26,110 bases of DNA, taken from IMG/VR virus record IMGVR_UViG_3300023096_000001, positions 70,134-96,243 of that record; one strand, written 5' to 3'. Below, piece after piece: positions 16,670 through 24,598 of this stretch. Each line of letters opens with the position of its first letter. Positions within the stretch are counted from its first letter, which is position 1. Under the pieces are notes generated by a model, which was given only the letters and a program-made list of their open reading frames with translations, was not told the DNA's origin and ran no database searches. The stretch is from a virus. Position numbers and translations under genes: made by a program.

Positions 16670-18624
16670 TGGCAACCTATTACGTCAAGGCGGCTGGTGG
16701 CACAGGCTCTGGTCTGGATGATGCCAATGCGTGGAGCGCGGCCAAGTTCGCCTCGATGCAGGTATCTTCTTTGGCAGCTTCCGATACGATCCTTTTCAAA
16801 AGGGGTGATACGTTTCCTGTGAAGATCCAATCCGAGAATGCAGGGCTCACCTATGGCAATTACGGTTCAGGGGCACTCCCGGTCATTACGGGGTTAACAC
16901 AGCTTTCTTCGTGGACACTTTCGAGTGGCAATATTTATTATGCTACGCTTGATGTGCCTTCTTTGAATGCGATCACTTACAACGGGGTGATTAAATCACA
17001 AGGGCGTTACCCGAAAACCGGGTATCTGATTTATACAGGGCATACAGGCAATGCTTCGATTAATGGGACTTCTGTTGGTACGATTCCTTTTGATCCGGCG
17101 GGTGGAGAGGTGGTGATCCGTAAGGAGCGTTTTATCCTCGACAGGCATACGATCACGTCCCGCAGCGGAAACACCTTAAATTACGCCTCAGCCAATGAAT
17201 ACGGCAACAACACCAATTACAGCGGACTTGACGGCAATGGGTATTTCATACAGTCCCATCTAAGCGCTGTCACCCAAGAAGGAGACTGGTATTACGACAA
17301 TCCGAATAACCGGTTGTATGTACACTTTGGATCAGGCACCCCTTCAGGGAAAGTGATCAAAGCTTGTACACTTGACAAAAACATTCAGATCAACTCGCTT
17401 AATAATATCACCTGTAACGGGCTTTCTTTTGAAGGGGCGAATGAGTATGGGGCTTGGATCATTGGCGCATCCACGGCGGATTTTAATGGGTGTAGCTGGG
17501 TTAGTCAGGGTGGCAATGCCCTCTATGGAGGGAATGTGAATGGAGTAACTATTGACGGATGCTCGATCACGGACTCCTTTAACAATGGGGTCATGTTTGA
17601 GTATAGCGCGAATAATATTACCCTCAATAATAATGTAATCACCAATTCGGGGATTGTGGCAGGTACGGGAAGGAGTGGGGATGCCGCGCAATGTGGGGTC
17701 TTTATTGCAGGAACGGGCGCAGTGATTACCAACAACCGGGTAATCAATTCAGGTTATAATGCCATTGACTGGACTGGCGACGGAGCTTTAGTAGAGAAAA
17801 ACCTGGTGGATACGTACTGCACGATCAAAGATGATGGAGGAGGAATTTACAATTTCATAGGACTTAACGGGATTATCCGTAAGAATATTGTGCTGAATGC
17901 CATTGGCGCTTATGAGGGTGCAAATTGGGGTTATTGGGAGCCGTTCGGTAAAGCCGCAGGGATTTACTTGGATAACGGAGCTGACACGCACAACTGCACG
18001 GTAACAGAGAATGTAGTAGCAAACGGCGAGTGGGCGGGGATATTCATCAACAACAACGGCAGCAATGCCATCACCAATAATCTGGTTTACAACTGCCGGT
18101 ATCAGTTTGCCATGACGGACTTCAACAACATCCCGCGCAACATTACGTTGACAGGCAATACCTTTATCGGGAAGACCGCCGATCAGCTGTGTTTCCGTAT
18201 CGAGATGGGTTCGGATGACAACCTGGCTTTGCTGGGCACTTTTAACAACAATGTCTACGCAAGACCTGTCCGCGATACAGATACGTTCAGCATATACCGA
18301 AATTACGCCGGCGCTTCATATAGTGTAACCAACATCGATTTGGCTACATGGAAAAGCACATATAATCAGGACGCTGCTTCCGTGAAATCTTCTGTGAGTA
18401 TGGCCGATGCAACCGATATGCGTTTTGATTACAACTATACCGCAGCGCCGGTGGATGTCACACTTGACGTGCCTCGCAAAGATGTAAACAATGTAAACTA
18501 TACGGTTAAAACGATTCCTGCTTACGTGGGTAGTGTGCTACTTCGAGCACTTTCTGTCAAGATAAGAACCCGTAACGGAAAGATTCTTACAAGAAACGGC
18601 AAGATATTAACAACCGTTAACTAA
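16669..18624 (+). CDS. Right-handed parallel beta-helix protein (polysaccharide lyase/hydrolase-like)
   Basis: MATYYV...G.G.....AW start, DTILFKRGDTF, YG.YGSGALPVI, GRYP, GDWYYD, DDGGGIY, GIYLDN motifs, and Asn-ladder rungs. Confidence 0.85.
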   Translation: MATYYVKAAGGTGSGLDDANAWSAAKFASMQVSSLAASDTILFKRGDTFPVKIQSENAGLTYGNYGSGALPVITGLTQLSSWTLSSGNIYYATLDVPSLNAITYNGVIKSQGRYPKTGYLIYTGHTGNASINGTSVGTIPFDPAGGEVVIRKERFILDRHTITSRSGNTLNYASANEYGNNTNYSGLDGNGYFIQSHLSAVTQEGDWYYDNPNNRLYVHFGSGTPSGKVIKACTLDKNIQINSLNNITCNGLSFEGANEYGAWIIGASTADFNGCSWVSQGGNALYGGNVNGVTIDGCSITDSFNNGVMFEYSANNITLNNNVITNSGIVAGTGRSGDAAQCGVFIAGTGAVITNNRVINSGYNAIDWTGDGALVEKNLVDTYCTIKDDGGGIYNFIGLNGIIRKNIVLNAIGAYEGANWGYWEPFGKAAGIYLDNGADTHNCTVTENVVANGEWAGIFINNNGSNAITNNLVYNCRYQFAMTDFNNIPRNITLTGNTFIGKTADQLCFRIEMGSDDNLALLGTFNNNVYARPVRDTDTFSIYRNYAGASYSVTNIDLATWKSTYNQDAASVKSSVSMADATDMRFDYNYTAAPVDVTLDVPRKDVNNVNYTVKTIPAYVGSVLLRALSVKIRTRNGKILTRNGKILTTVN

Positions 18625-18694
18625 GTTCTTAAAAAAGTTTCCCGAACCAAAAGAAACTCTTAGTAACTTATGTGGTCAAAAAATAGCTTTAGCC

Positions 18695-19198
18695 ATGTCA
18701 CAATTAGGACCTACTTCGTTTGCATTAATTTCTGACCTGAGCAGTCAGGCGGGATCTCCCGGAGTTTCTGTGATGGTGAATGGCAAAACGTCCATGAATG
18801 ACTCCTGGGGAGCGATCTACTTCTGGAGCGGTTCTTCAACGGCCACTGCTGACGGGTTTAGTGTTATTCAGGTAACAGGCGTAGCAACGGGGCGATGGAT
18901 ACGCCAGTCAGTCGCAATGAATGTGGTGTCTGCGGCGGCAACCCTTGATTTAGGGACCATTACAGGGTATTACACGTTCAATGGGACGACCGCTACCTGG
19001 AAGCTTCCCGCTTTGAGTGCCAGCATTACAGCACGTCTTATTTTAATCAATCAAGGCAGCGGTGCCGTGAATGTGATCTCGAATGCAGGTTTTGAAGACA
19101 TTGACGATTCCGGCACTTCGCTCTCTTCGATTCAAATGATGCCCGGAGAGCACTATATTTTCTACAACAATTCGTTAAAGTTTACCTCGCTACAATAA
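18695..19198 (+). CDS. Small tail-fibre adaptor protein, paralogous N-terminus to 15387..15980
   Basis: Shared N-terminal module ending TGRWIRQ. C-terminal TW.LPA...LILIN.GSG.V.V...PGE segment resembles the KTANYT module of the 12916 protein. Confidence 0.7.
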   Translation: MSQLGPTSFALISDLSSQAGSPGVSVMVNGKTSMNDSWGAIYFWSGSSTATADGFSVIQVTGVATGRWIRQSVAMNVVSAAATLDLGTITGYYTFNGTTATWKLPALSASITARLILINQGSGAVNVISNAGFEDIDDSGTSLSSIQMMPGEHYIFYNNSLKFTSLQ

Positions 19199-19235
19199 CC
19201 CACTGATCGGACATTTTTAACAAACCAATCAGACC

Positions 19236-20609
19236 ATGAAACGCTTATCCCACTTATTTTTCATCTTACTTACTTCGTCGGTTTCTTATGCACAGGTCGC
19301 CAGCCGGTTGATCGCCAGTCAGGCCATACCTATTGATAGCGCCGTACTCAATGTGATGTTTGTCGATACCGTGGCCGGAGCTATGAACCGAACGTGGGTT
19401 GCCCGGACCTCTTCGTTAAAGTTTCGCACCCGTCAGATACGCGGCTTAAAGGATAGTGTTGCGCTTTTTACGGCACCTCTATACCGCCCGATGAGTTATG
19501 TGCCGACTTGGAGCCAAATCACTTCTAAGCCTACATTTTCGGCTGTGGCAACGAGTGGGAGTTATAATGATCTTTCAAGTAAGCCTACCATTCCGACTGT
19601 ACCCTCCAATGTGAGCGCTTTTGCAAACGATGCCGGGTATTTAACGAGTGTGCCCGCGCAGAGCTATGCGTCTCTCACAGGGAAGCCAAACCTTTCAGCA
19701 GTAGCGTTGTCGGGTAATTATTCTGATCTGAGTGGGCTTCCTACGATTCCGTCGGCACAGGTAAACTCTGACTGGAATAGCGCTTCAGGGGTGAGCCAGA
19801 TACTCAACAAACCTGTCATACCTACCAATACCAATCAACTTGTAAATGGGGCAGGGTTCTTGACAGGGATCACCTCTGCACAGATTGCCTCCGCTTTAGG
19901 TTTTACCCCTTATTCGAGCAGTAACCCGAACGGCTATATTTCTTCGGTGCCGGCACAGAGTTGGGCCTCGATCACAGGGAAGCCAACGTTTGCAGCTGTT
20001 GCCACCTCAGGGCTGTACAGTGATCTGTCTGGCGCACCTACTATTCCAACGACCACGAGTCAGATTACAGAGGGAAGTAGGCTGTACTATACAGACACCC
20101 GCGCAAGAGCAGCAGTCAGCTTAACCACTACAGGAAGTGGAGCCGCAACTTACAACCCTTCTACAGGAGCTTTAAATGTGCCTACTCCGACAGTATACAC
20201 CGCTGGCACTGGTATTGACATTACATCTGGTGTGATCTCAAGTTCAGCGGCTGCTGTAACGTTTAACAATGCTCCTTCACGAACAATAGGCACTTCTTTT
20301 CAGGTCTCTACGACACGTCCTGCGAGAGTTAGTTATACAGTTTCTTGCGTAACCGGACTTTCTTTATTAAATTTAAACAGTAATGCGCAGGCATTTTTGG
20401 AGATAAGTGCTAACAATAGCACCTGGATTACGGTGAATGGAGCTGGGTCAACAAAAACTTTAGCCGTATCTCTATCCGTAGGGATTAACGAGACAACGCT
20501 TTACAACTTGCAATGTGAAGTTCCTGCTGGGTGGTGGGTTCGTTTAAGAAGTGTAGTCTCAGGAGGTGGCACCGTTGCGTTTTCTTCAGGTCAGGAAGCT
20601 CAATACTAA
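19236..20609 (+). CDS. Tail-fibre-repeat protein carrying a Sec signal peptide
   Basis: MKRLSHLFFILLTSSVSYA|Q N-terminus. Three (W/Y)...T.KP...AVA.SG.Y.DLS..PTIP repeats. QVNSDWN, ALGFTPY, EGSRLYYTD.RA and YTAGTGIDI fibre motifs. C-terminal VPAG-containing domain. Confidence 0.8.
   Translation: MKRLSHLFFILLTSSVSYAQVASRLIASQAIPIDSAVLNVMFVDTVAGAMNRTWVARTSSLKFRTRQIRGLKDSVALFTAPLYRPMSYVPTWSQITSKPTFSAVATSGSYNDLSSKPTIPTVPSNVSAFANDAGYLTSVPAQSYASLTGKPNLSAVALSGNYSDLSGLPTIPSAQVNSDWNSASGVSQILNKPVIPTNTNQLVNGAGFLTGITSAQIASALGFTPYSSSNPNGYISSVPAQSWASITGKPTFAAVATSGLYSDLSGAPTIPTTTSQITEGSRLYYTDTRARAAVSLTTTGSGAATYNPSTGALNVPTPTVYTAGTGIDITSGVISSSAAAVTFNNAPSRTIGTSFQVSTTRPARVSYTVSCVTGLSLLNLNSNAQAFLEISANNSTWITVNGAGSTKTLAVSLSVGINETTLYNLQCEVPAGWWVRLRSVVSGGGTVAFSSGQEAQY
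19507..20050 (+). repeat. Three dispersed phage tail-fibre repeats
   Basis: WSQITSKPTFSAVATSGSYNDLSSKPTIP; YASLTGKPNLSAVALSGNYSDLSGLPTIP; WASITGKPTFAAVATSGLYSDLSGAPTIP. Confidence 0.85.
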
Positions 20610-20615
20610 AATAAT

Positions 20616-21020
20616 ATGCTTTATTATTATCCCGACTTTAGGGTTAGAAAATACAATAAGCCGAACGGACGCTTTTCGTGGTATGAAACCGTGGAGGAGA
20701 CGTCCGTTCATGGCGCTATTGATGATTTCATCGTGCCAGCAAATTTCGTTACTGATTTTGCCTCTGTGCCAAGATTATTTCAGGTATTGATTCCAGCTCA
20801 TGGTCTTGCGATGCCGCCATCTATCCTTCACGATTTCATGTATACTACTCAGCATTTCAAAGATAAACTCGGCGACCGTGCTGCAAGGTATTACGCAGAT
20901 GACCTCTTCCGAAGAAATTTACTTGACATGGGCATCAAAAAGTGGCAGGTATTTGTGATGTTTTACGCTGTCAGATGGTTCGGCGCGAATCGTTGGCGGA
21001 AGAAAGGTGGTAGGAGTTAG
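20616..21020 (+). CDS. DUF1353 family protein
   Basis: VPANFVTDFASVPR...ILHDFMY...ADDLF...MFYAVRWFG signature. Confidence 0.9.
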   Translation: MLYYYPDFRVRKYNKPNGRFSWYETVEETSVHGAIDDFIVPANFVTDFASVPRLFQVLIPAHGLAMPPSILHDFMYTTQHFKDKLGDRAARYYADDLFRRNLLDMGIKKWQVFVMFYAVRWFGANRWRKKGGRS

Positions 21021-21163
21021 CTAGACCAGCTTTTTCTAATCCTTCTTGATTCCTCCAACTCTTTCTCAATCTCCTTTCTCTGCGCTTTACTTTTTAGGAG
21101 CTGAAAGTAAAGGTAAACGATAATAGGCGCCATGACTGCAATGGGTCCGATGATGTATTCCAT
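21017..21163 (-). CDS. 48 aa single-TM protein (not in ORF track)
   Basis: Hand translation MEYIIGPIAVMAPIIVYLYFQLLKSKAQRKEIEKELEESRRIRKSWSS*. Fills the gap exactly, and its stop overlaps the DUF1353 stop. Confidence 0.65.
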   Translation of the reverse strand: MEYIIGPIAVMAPIIVYLYFQLLKSKAQRKEIEKELEESRRIRKSWSS

Positions 21164-21171
21164 AGGGTTAT

Positions 21172-21387
21172 TTATTTTAAAGTTTCACTTTGTTTAAAAT
21201 CTCCATCTGCGTCACAATGAGCAGGTGGATAACCGTGTTTCAGTATATTCTGATGCCTTAAGTGACGATTATAGAGCAAGAAAACTATCCTTAGCGGGAA
21301 GCATATCGTAGTACAAATGATTGAGAGAATTACAATAGAGCCAGCAAATCGCCAGAAAGAGCTTAGTGCAAATTCAAGGTATTCCAT
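21172..21387 (-). CDS. Small membrane protein (71 aa)
   Basis: Hydrophobic N-terminal half, then HGYPPAHCDADGDF. Tightly packed in the operon. Confidence 0.7.
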   Translation of the reverse strand: MEYLEFALSSFWRFAGSIVILSIICTTICFPLRIVFLLYNRHLRHQNILKHGYPPAHCDADGDFKQSETLK

Positions 21388-21394
21388 AACGAAA

Positions 21395-21658
21395 TTATAT
21401 TTTATTGATTAAATCTCCCTTCACAAATTTAATTTTATTATACAAGGTAACAGTTTTTGGTTCGGGGCGCTCTACTTTAATTTTTCCTTTATCGTAGGCC
21501 TCAATGAGTACCCATAAGTCTCTTCGTTCCTCATAAGAAAAGCTTTTAGAGTAAAATATGGCCCTGTTACTGCGAATGGTATAAGCCAAGGCATATCCCA
21601 CGATGAAGGATAATGCGGCAATGACAATTCCAATGAAAATCAAGTCTGAATTTGGCAT
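21395..21658 (-). CDS. Small single-TM protein (87 aa)
   Basis: LIFIGIVIAALSFIVGYALAY TM segment. Operon packing. Confidence 0.7.
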   Translation of the reverse strand: MPNSDLIFIGIVIAALSFIVGYALAYTIRSNRAIFYSKSFSYEERRDLWVLIEAYDKGKIKVERPEPKTVTLYNKIKFVKGDLINKI

Positions 21659-21677
21659 AATGTTATTTGCTTAAAGT

Positions 21678-22130
21678 TTAATAATTACTTCCACTACGCC
21701 TTGAATTTTCCATCTCAGAACGCGCAAAGGCGATGCGCTGACCCATAGCATCCAAAATCTTATTGACCTGCTTTAAGAGCAAATCTACCTTATAAGAATC
21801 ACTCTCTGCTTCCATCTCTCCCTTAATGTATTCTTCACTGGAGACAATACTACTCGTTTCGCTTTGTGTCATATTCTTTCCAGAGTTGATAAAACCCTGT
21901 TTCGACTTGGCTACCTCAATCTTTCGAATATAATAATTCGTGTTGTACCGCTGTTTGAGATCACCTGCGATGGATGCCAGGTTAAAGGAGCACGTGGCAA
22001 GATGATCTCTTACAGAAAGCAGCTTTTCGATGTCGGGTGTCTTGCAATTCTGGTGATACCATAAGATATCTTCGGCAATCATATCGAATATTTTTACATC
22101 CGATATTTTCATTCTTGACTCAAAAGGCAT
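21678..22130 (-). CDS. All-helical phage protein, possibly a UvsY-like recombination mediator
   Basis: 150 aa with long coiled-coil helices, near RuvC and the helicase. The UvsY resemblance rests on size, helix pattern and context only. Confidence 0.55.
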   Translation of the reverse strand: MPFESRMKISDVKIFDMIAEDILWYHQNCKTPDIEKLLSVRDHLATCSFNLASIAGDLKQRYNTNYYIRKIEVAKSKQGFINSGKNMTQSETSSIVSSEEYIKGEMEAESDSYKVDLLLKQVNKILDAMGQRIAFARSEMENSRRSGSNY

Positions 22131-22133
22131 ACG

Positions 22134-22319
22134 CTATTCAATTTTCTTCCACAAATTATACTTCAAATTTTTCAATAGATTCTCTTCCGAAAGAGGAAAC
22201 GGCGCACCGTTCTTTGTCAGAGAAGAGACACACTGCGCCATCAAGGCATCCTTGCCGGAGAATTTCCCCCAGAAAACTTCGTAGGTGGTGTCGTCTGAGG
22301 TTTTGTAGTTGCCTGTCAC
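22134..22319 (-). CDS. Small hypothetical protein (61 aa)
   Basis: GTG start overlapping the upstream TGA. 3 nt gap to the next gene. Confidence 0.6.
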   Translation of the reverse strand: MTGNYKTSDDTTYEVFWGKFSGKDALMAQCVSSLTKNGAPFPLSEENLLKNLKYNLWKKIE

Positions 22320-22420
22320 TGGACTTTTCTTTTTACGTTTAAATAAATTAACAGAACAATTAGTCCGCCAGCTGCGCCGGAAATGAATCCTACAAGACTG
22401 AATTCAAATAAGAGTATCAT
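22316..22420 (-). CDS. 34 aa single-TM peptide (not in ORF track)
   Basis: Hand translation MILLFEFSLVGFISGAAGGLIVLLIYLNVKRKVQ*. GTGA coupling to 22134..22319. Confidence 0.6.
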   Translation of the reverse strand: MILLFEFSLVGFISGAAGGLIVLLIYLNVKRKVQ

Positions 22421-22437
22421 GGTGGTTCGGTTTTAAA

Positions 22438-22887
22438 TTACTTATAAATTGTTTTTGCAAGTTGATAAATATGTATCGCATCAGCAACATTGTCATCATT
22501 CCCTTCGTAGCCAAACCGCTCTCGAGCAGCCTTGATCATGGCAGGCTTCCCAGCATTGCCTTTCCCTGTCGCAAACTTCTTCACTTCAGAGGCTGAAACA
22601 GAGGCGTAGTTAACTCCTAACTCTTCGCAGGTGGTTTCTATCACGGAAACCATTTTAGCTGCGTGTATAATTGAATTAGCGTGTTGGCCGGCTACTCTTT
22701 CATATACAATTGTATTGATCCCTGCTAACTGGATAACCTCTTTGAGTTTTGCCCGGAAGCGGAGCCCCTTCATGCCTTGTGACTCATCCTTTCGTGTGGT
22801 AAAATCCCATACTCCGTAATCATTATCTCCGCAGCACCACCCACAATGAGAAGCCTGATCGAGTGCCAATATTTTAATTTCGCTCAT
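22438..22887 (-). CDS. ruvC: RuvC-like Holliday junction resolvase
   Basis: ILALD...GW, IVYE, VKKFATGKGNAGK..M and DDNVADA carry the four RuvC acidic residues. Confidence 0.88.
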   Translation of the reverse strand: MSEIKILALDQASHCGWCCGDNDYGVWDFTTRKDESQGMKGLRFRAKLKEVIQLAGINTIVYERVAGQHANSIIHAAKMVSVIETTCEELGVNYASVSASEVKKFATGKGNAGKPAMIKAARERFGYEGNDDNVADAIHIYQLAKTIYK

Positions 22888-23285
22888 AATTTTTCTACGA
22901 TTTTAAATTCTTCCCAATTCCACTGCCGAAAATAAGCCTTGTCGCCGTCAAACCTCCAGAAGCCCGGCTCGCGCACTTTCTCCTTTGGGAGCATCAGTGT
23001 GGTGCATCCTCCGATAGACATGCCGACGATCAAGTGAATGTCTGTGGCTTTAATTGTAAAAGAATCTCCTTTATCCCGGTGAATGATATCTCCGCTGGGA
23101 AATCTCTTTTCAATGTATGCTCCGTCAAGGATTGTGATATCCATGTCGCAAGGGTGATCATGCGGATCAGCATCTTCATGCTCAGGTTCCTTGAAATGGT
23201 GTATCACGACAGGGACTTTTAACCCTTGGATGTGATATTTATCGAAGATTTCCGACATCGGTTCGTGTCTGATGGTTGGGGTCAT
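22884..23285 (-). CDS. Cupin-fold protein (HDHP type)
   Basis: HHF...PHDHP......LDG.YIE and a second-motif H (ATDIHLI), followed by T.ML...GFW. Confidence 0.75.
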   Translation of the reverse strand: MTPTIRHEPMSEIFDKYHIQGLKVPVVIHHFKEPEHEDADPHDHPCDMDITILDGAYIEKRFPSGDIIHRDKGDSFTIKATDIHLIVGMSIGGCTTLMLPKEKVREPGFWRFDGDKAYFRQWNWEEFKIVEKL

Positions 23286-23297
23286 ATTTTTTTAAAT

Positions 23298-23771
23298 TTA
23301 ATATAATTTTGGCTTTAAATCTGCTTTTAGATAAAGTGGGTGCCCTGGATATCCATTCTTGGTTTTATGAATTGCATGGAATTTCACATGGTTTAAATCA
23401 TACGTATGGACCGGCCAGTTTTTTAATTTCTTATGAGGAACACCGTATGCCAATACATGTAATTGACACTTCTCCGCCATCCATAAAATGTTTAAAATAT
23501 TTGACCTGGGAAATAAATCAGGCTCAGAAACATTATTCAATTCAGCAGGCTTTGTGGCTATGTACGGAGAAATATTGCCGACATATATTCCTCCGTAGCC
23601 CCACGATTTTGCAAAGTTTATACATCGCGTGATTGTAGGATCATTTTCGTCTTCATCTGCCTTGCTGGGATTGTGCATAATGAAAAGAACTTTTGGTTTC
23701 TCATCATCCCAGATTCGCCACAACTGATAACGATACTGGCGACTTTCTGATAGAATTGCTCCTTTTTTCAT
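23298..23771 (-). CDS. DUF1643 family protein
   Basis: YRYQLWRIWD...FIMHNPSKAD...DPTITRCINFAKSWGYGG...N...T.P and terminal G.P.HPLY. Confidence 0.92.
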   Translation of the reverse strand: MKKGAILSESRQYRYQLWRIWDDEKPKVLFIMHNPSKADEDENDPTITRCINFAKSWGYGGIYVGNISPYIATKPAELNNVSEPDLFPRSNILNILWMAEKCQLHVLAYGVPHKKLKNWPVHTYDLNHVKFHAIHKTKNGYPGHPLYLKADLKPKLY

Positions 23772-23773
23772 AA

Positions 23774-23986
23774 TTATTTTAAATTTTTCTTTATTCTAGT
23801 TTGTCTCTCTCCAGCAATTGCCATAAAATCAAAGCACTGTATTTTACAAGCGGGAGGATGTAATATCGCTCTTCTATCCGACTCAGATAAGCCTGAATTT
23901 CTGAACTCTAGGTAAACTCTATTCCACTCTTGGATATCAAATCTAACTTCCCCGGTAAGATTTTGACAATAGAAGTGAGCTTTCAT
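23774..23986 (-). CDS. Small hypothetical protein (70 aa)
   Basis: ATGA-coupled to the upstream gene. Contains C..QC. Confidence 0.6.
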   Translation of the reverse strand: MKAHFYCQNLTGEVRFDIQEWNRVYLEFRNSGLSESDRRAILHPPACKIQCFDFMAIAGERQTRIKKNLK

Positions 23987-24543
23987 TGGAATTTATTATA
24001 ATATTTGAAAACTTTTTTCAACTGAGATGCGTCTTTTATATGAAACTCCCAATCGTCTTTTGCAACTTCCTCTTCGATAACATCAATATAAAATGTCTTT
24101 GGTGTAAACGGGAAACTCTTTACGCATTGCCTGCTAAGTATTATCTCTCCGCCAAGTATAGCAGAACCTGAATATGTCATTCCGTGCTGATTCTTCCAGA
24201 CAATAGCGTCTAAGTAATAAGCTTCATGCGTGGTACTTTTAAACAGAGCGGAGCATCTACAATTTTGATACATTCCTTCCTGCTCAGACACTAACGTCCA
24301 TTCTTGCTCTATCCCTGTAACTGGATAAATAGGTTTTTGTAGGAGTAAGCTTTTCAGTGTCTTCGATATCGCTTGTGCCGTATAAGGCGCCGAACCTCCA
24401 CTTTGACCCGAATTGCCAAATTTTTCACAAAGAGACAATATTTCTTCTCTAAACTCTTCCACTAATGGTCGGTTGTCCGAATCCGTAAAGGAAGCACTGA
24501 GGACATCTAGCTCCATCGCAGCAAATCTATAAGTATTTGTCAT
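23983..24543 (-). CDS. Conserved phage hypothetical protein
   Basis: GQSGGSA, KPIYPVTG....W, YQN.RCSALFK, AYYLD and FPFTPK motifs, recalled from a phage family of unknown function. ATG at 24543 preferred to the ORF-track start at 24570. Confidence 0.7.
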   Translation of the reverse strand: MTNTYRFAAMELDVLSASFTDSDNRPLVEEFREEILSLCEKFGNSGQSGGSAPYTAQAISKTLKSLLLQKPIYPVTGIEQEWTLVSEQEGMYQNCRCSALFKSTTHEAYYLDAIVWKNQHGMTYSGSAILGGEIILSRQCVKSFPFTPKTFYIDVIEEEVAKDDWEFHIKDASQLKKVFKYYNKFQ

Positions 24544-24598
24544 TCTTAATAAAGCAGTTAGCCTTAACACTGCCAGGTTTAAGTTTAATTATATCTTT

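Noticed and set aside
19507-20050. CRISPR-like spaced repeats
   Set aside because: The repeats are conserved at protein level with synonymous divergence and irregular spacing inside a CDS.
10188-20609. Diversity-generating retroelement or invertible shufflon acting on the fibre genes
   Set aside because: No reverse transcriptase or invertase in the window, no near-identical DNA repeat pair with adenine-only differences seen by eye, and all cassettes are on one strand with their own starts. A template elsewhere in the genome cannot be excluded.
9061-20618. Several in-frame stop-spacer-ATG junctions (9063/9067, 10184/10188, 20609/20616) suggesting stop-codon reassignment
   Set aside because: TAA, TGA and TAG all end coherent full-length proteins, long genes are not fragmented, and each downstream gene has its own ATG. 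One third of junctions are in frame by chance.
1-21020. Tailocin or extracellular contractile injection system
   Set aside because: No sheath, tube or baseplate genes recognised, and a phage replication arm is directly adjacent.
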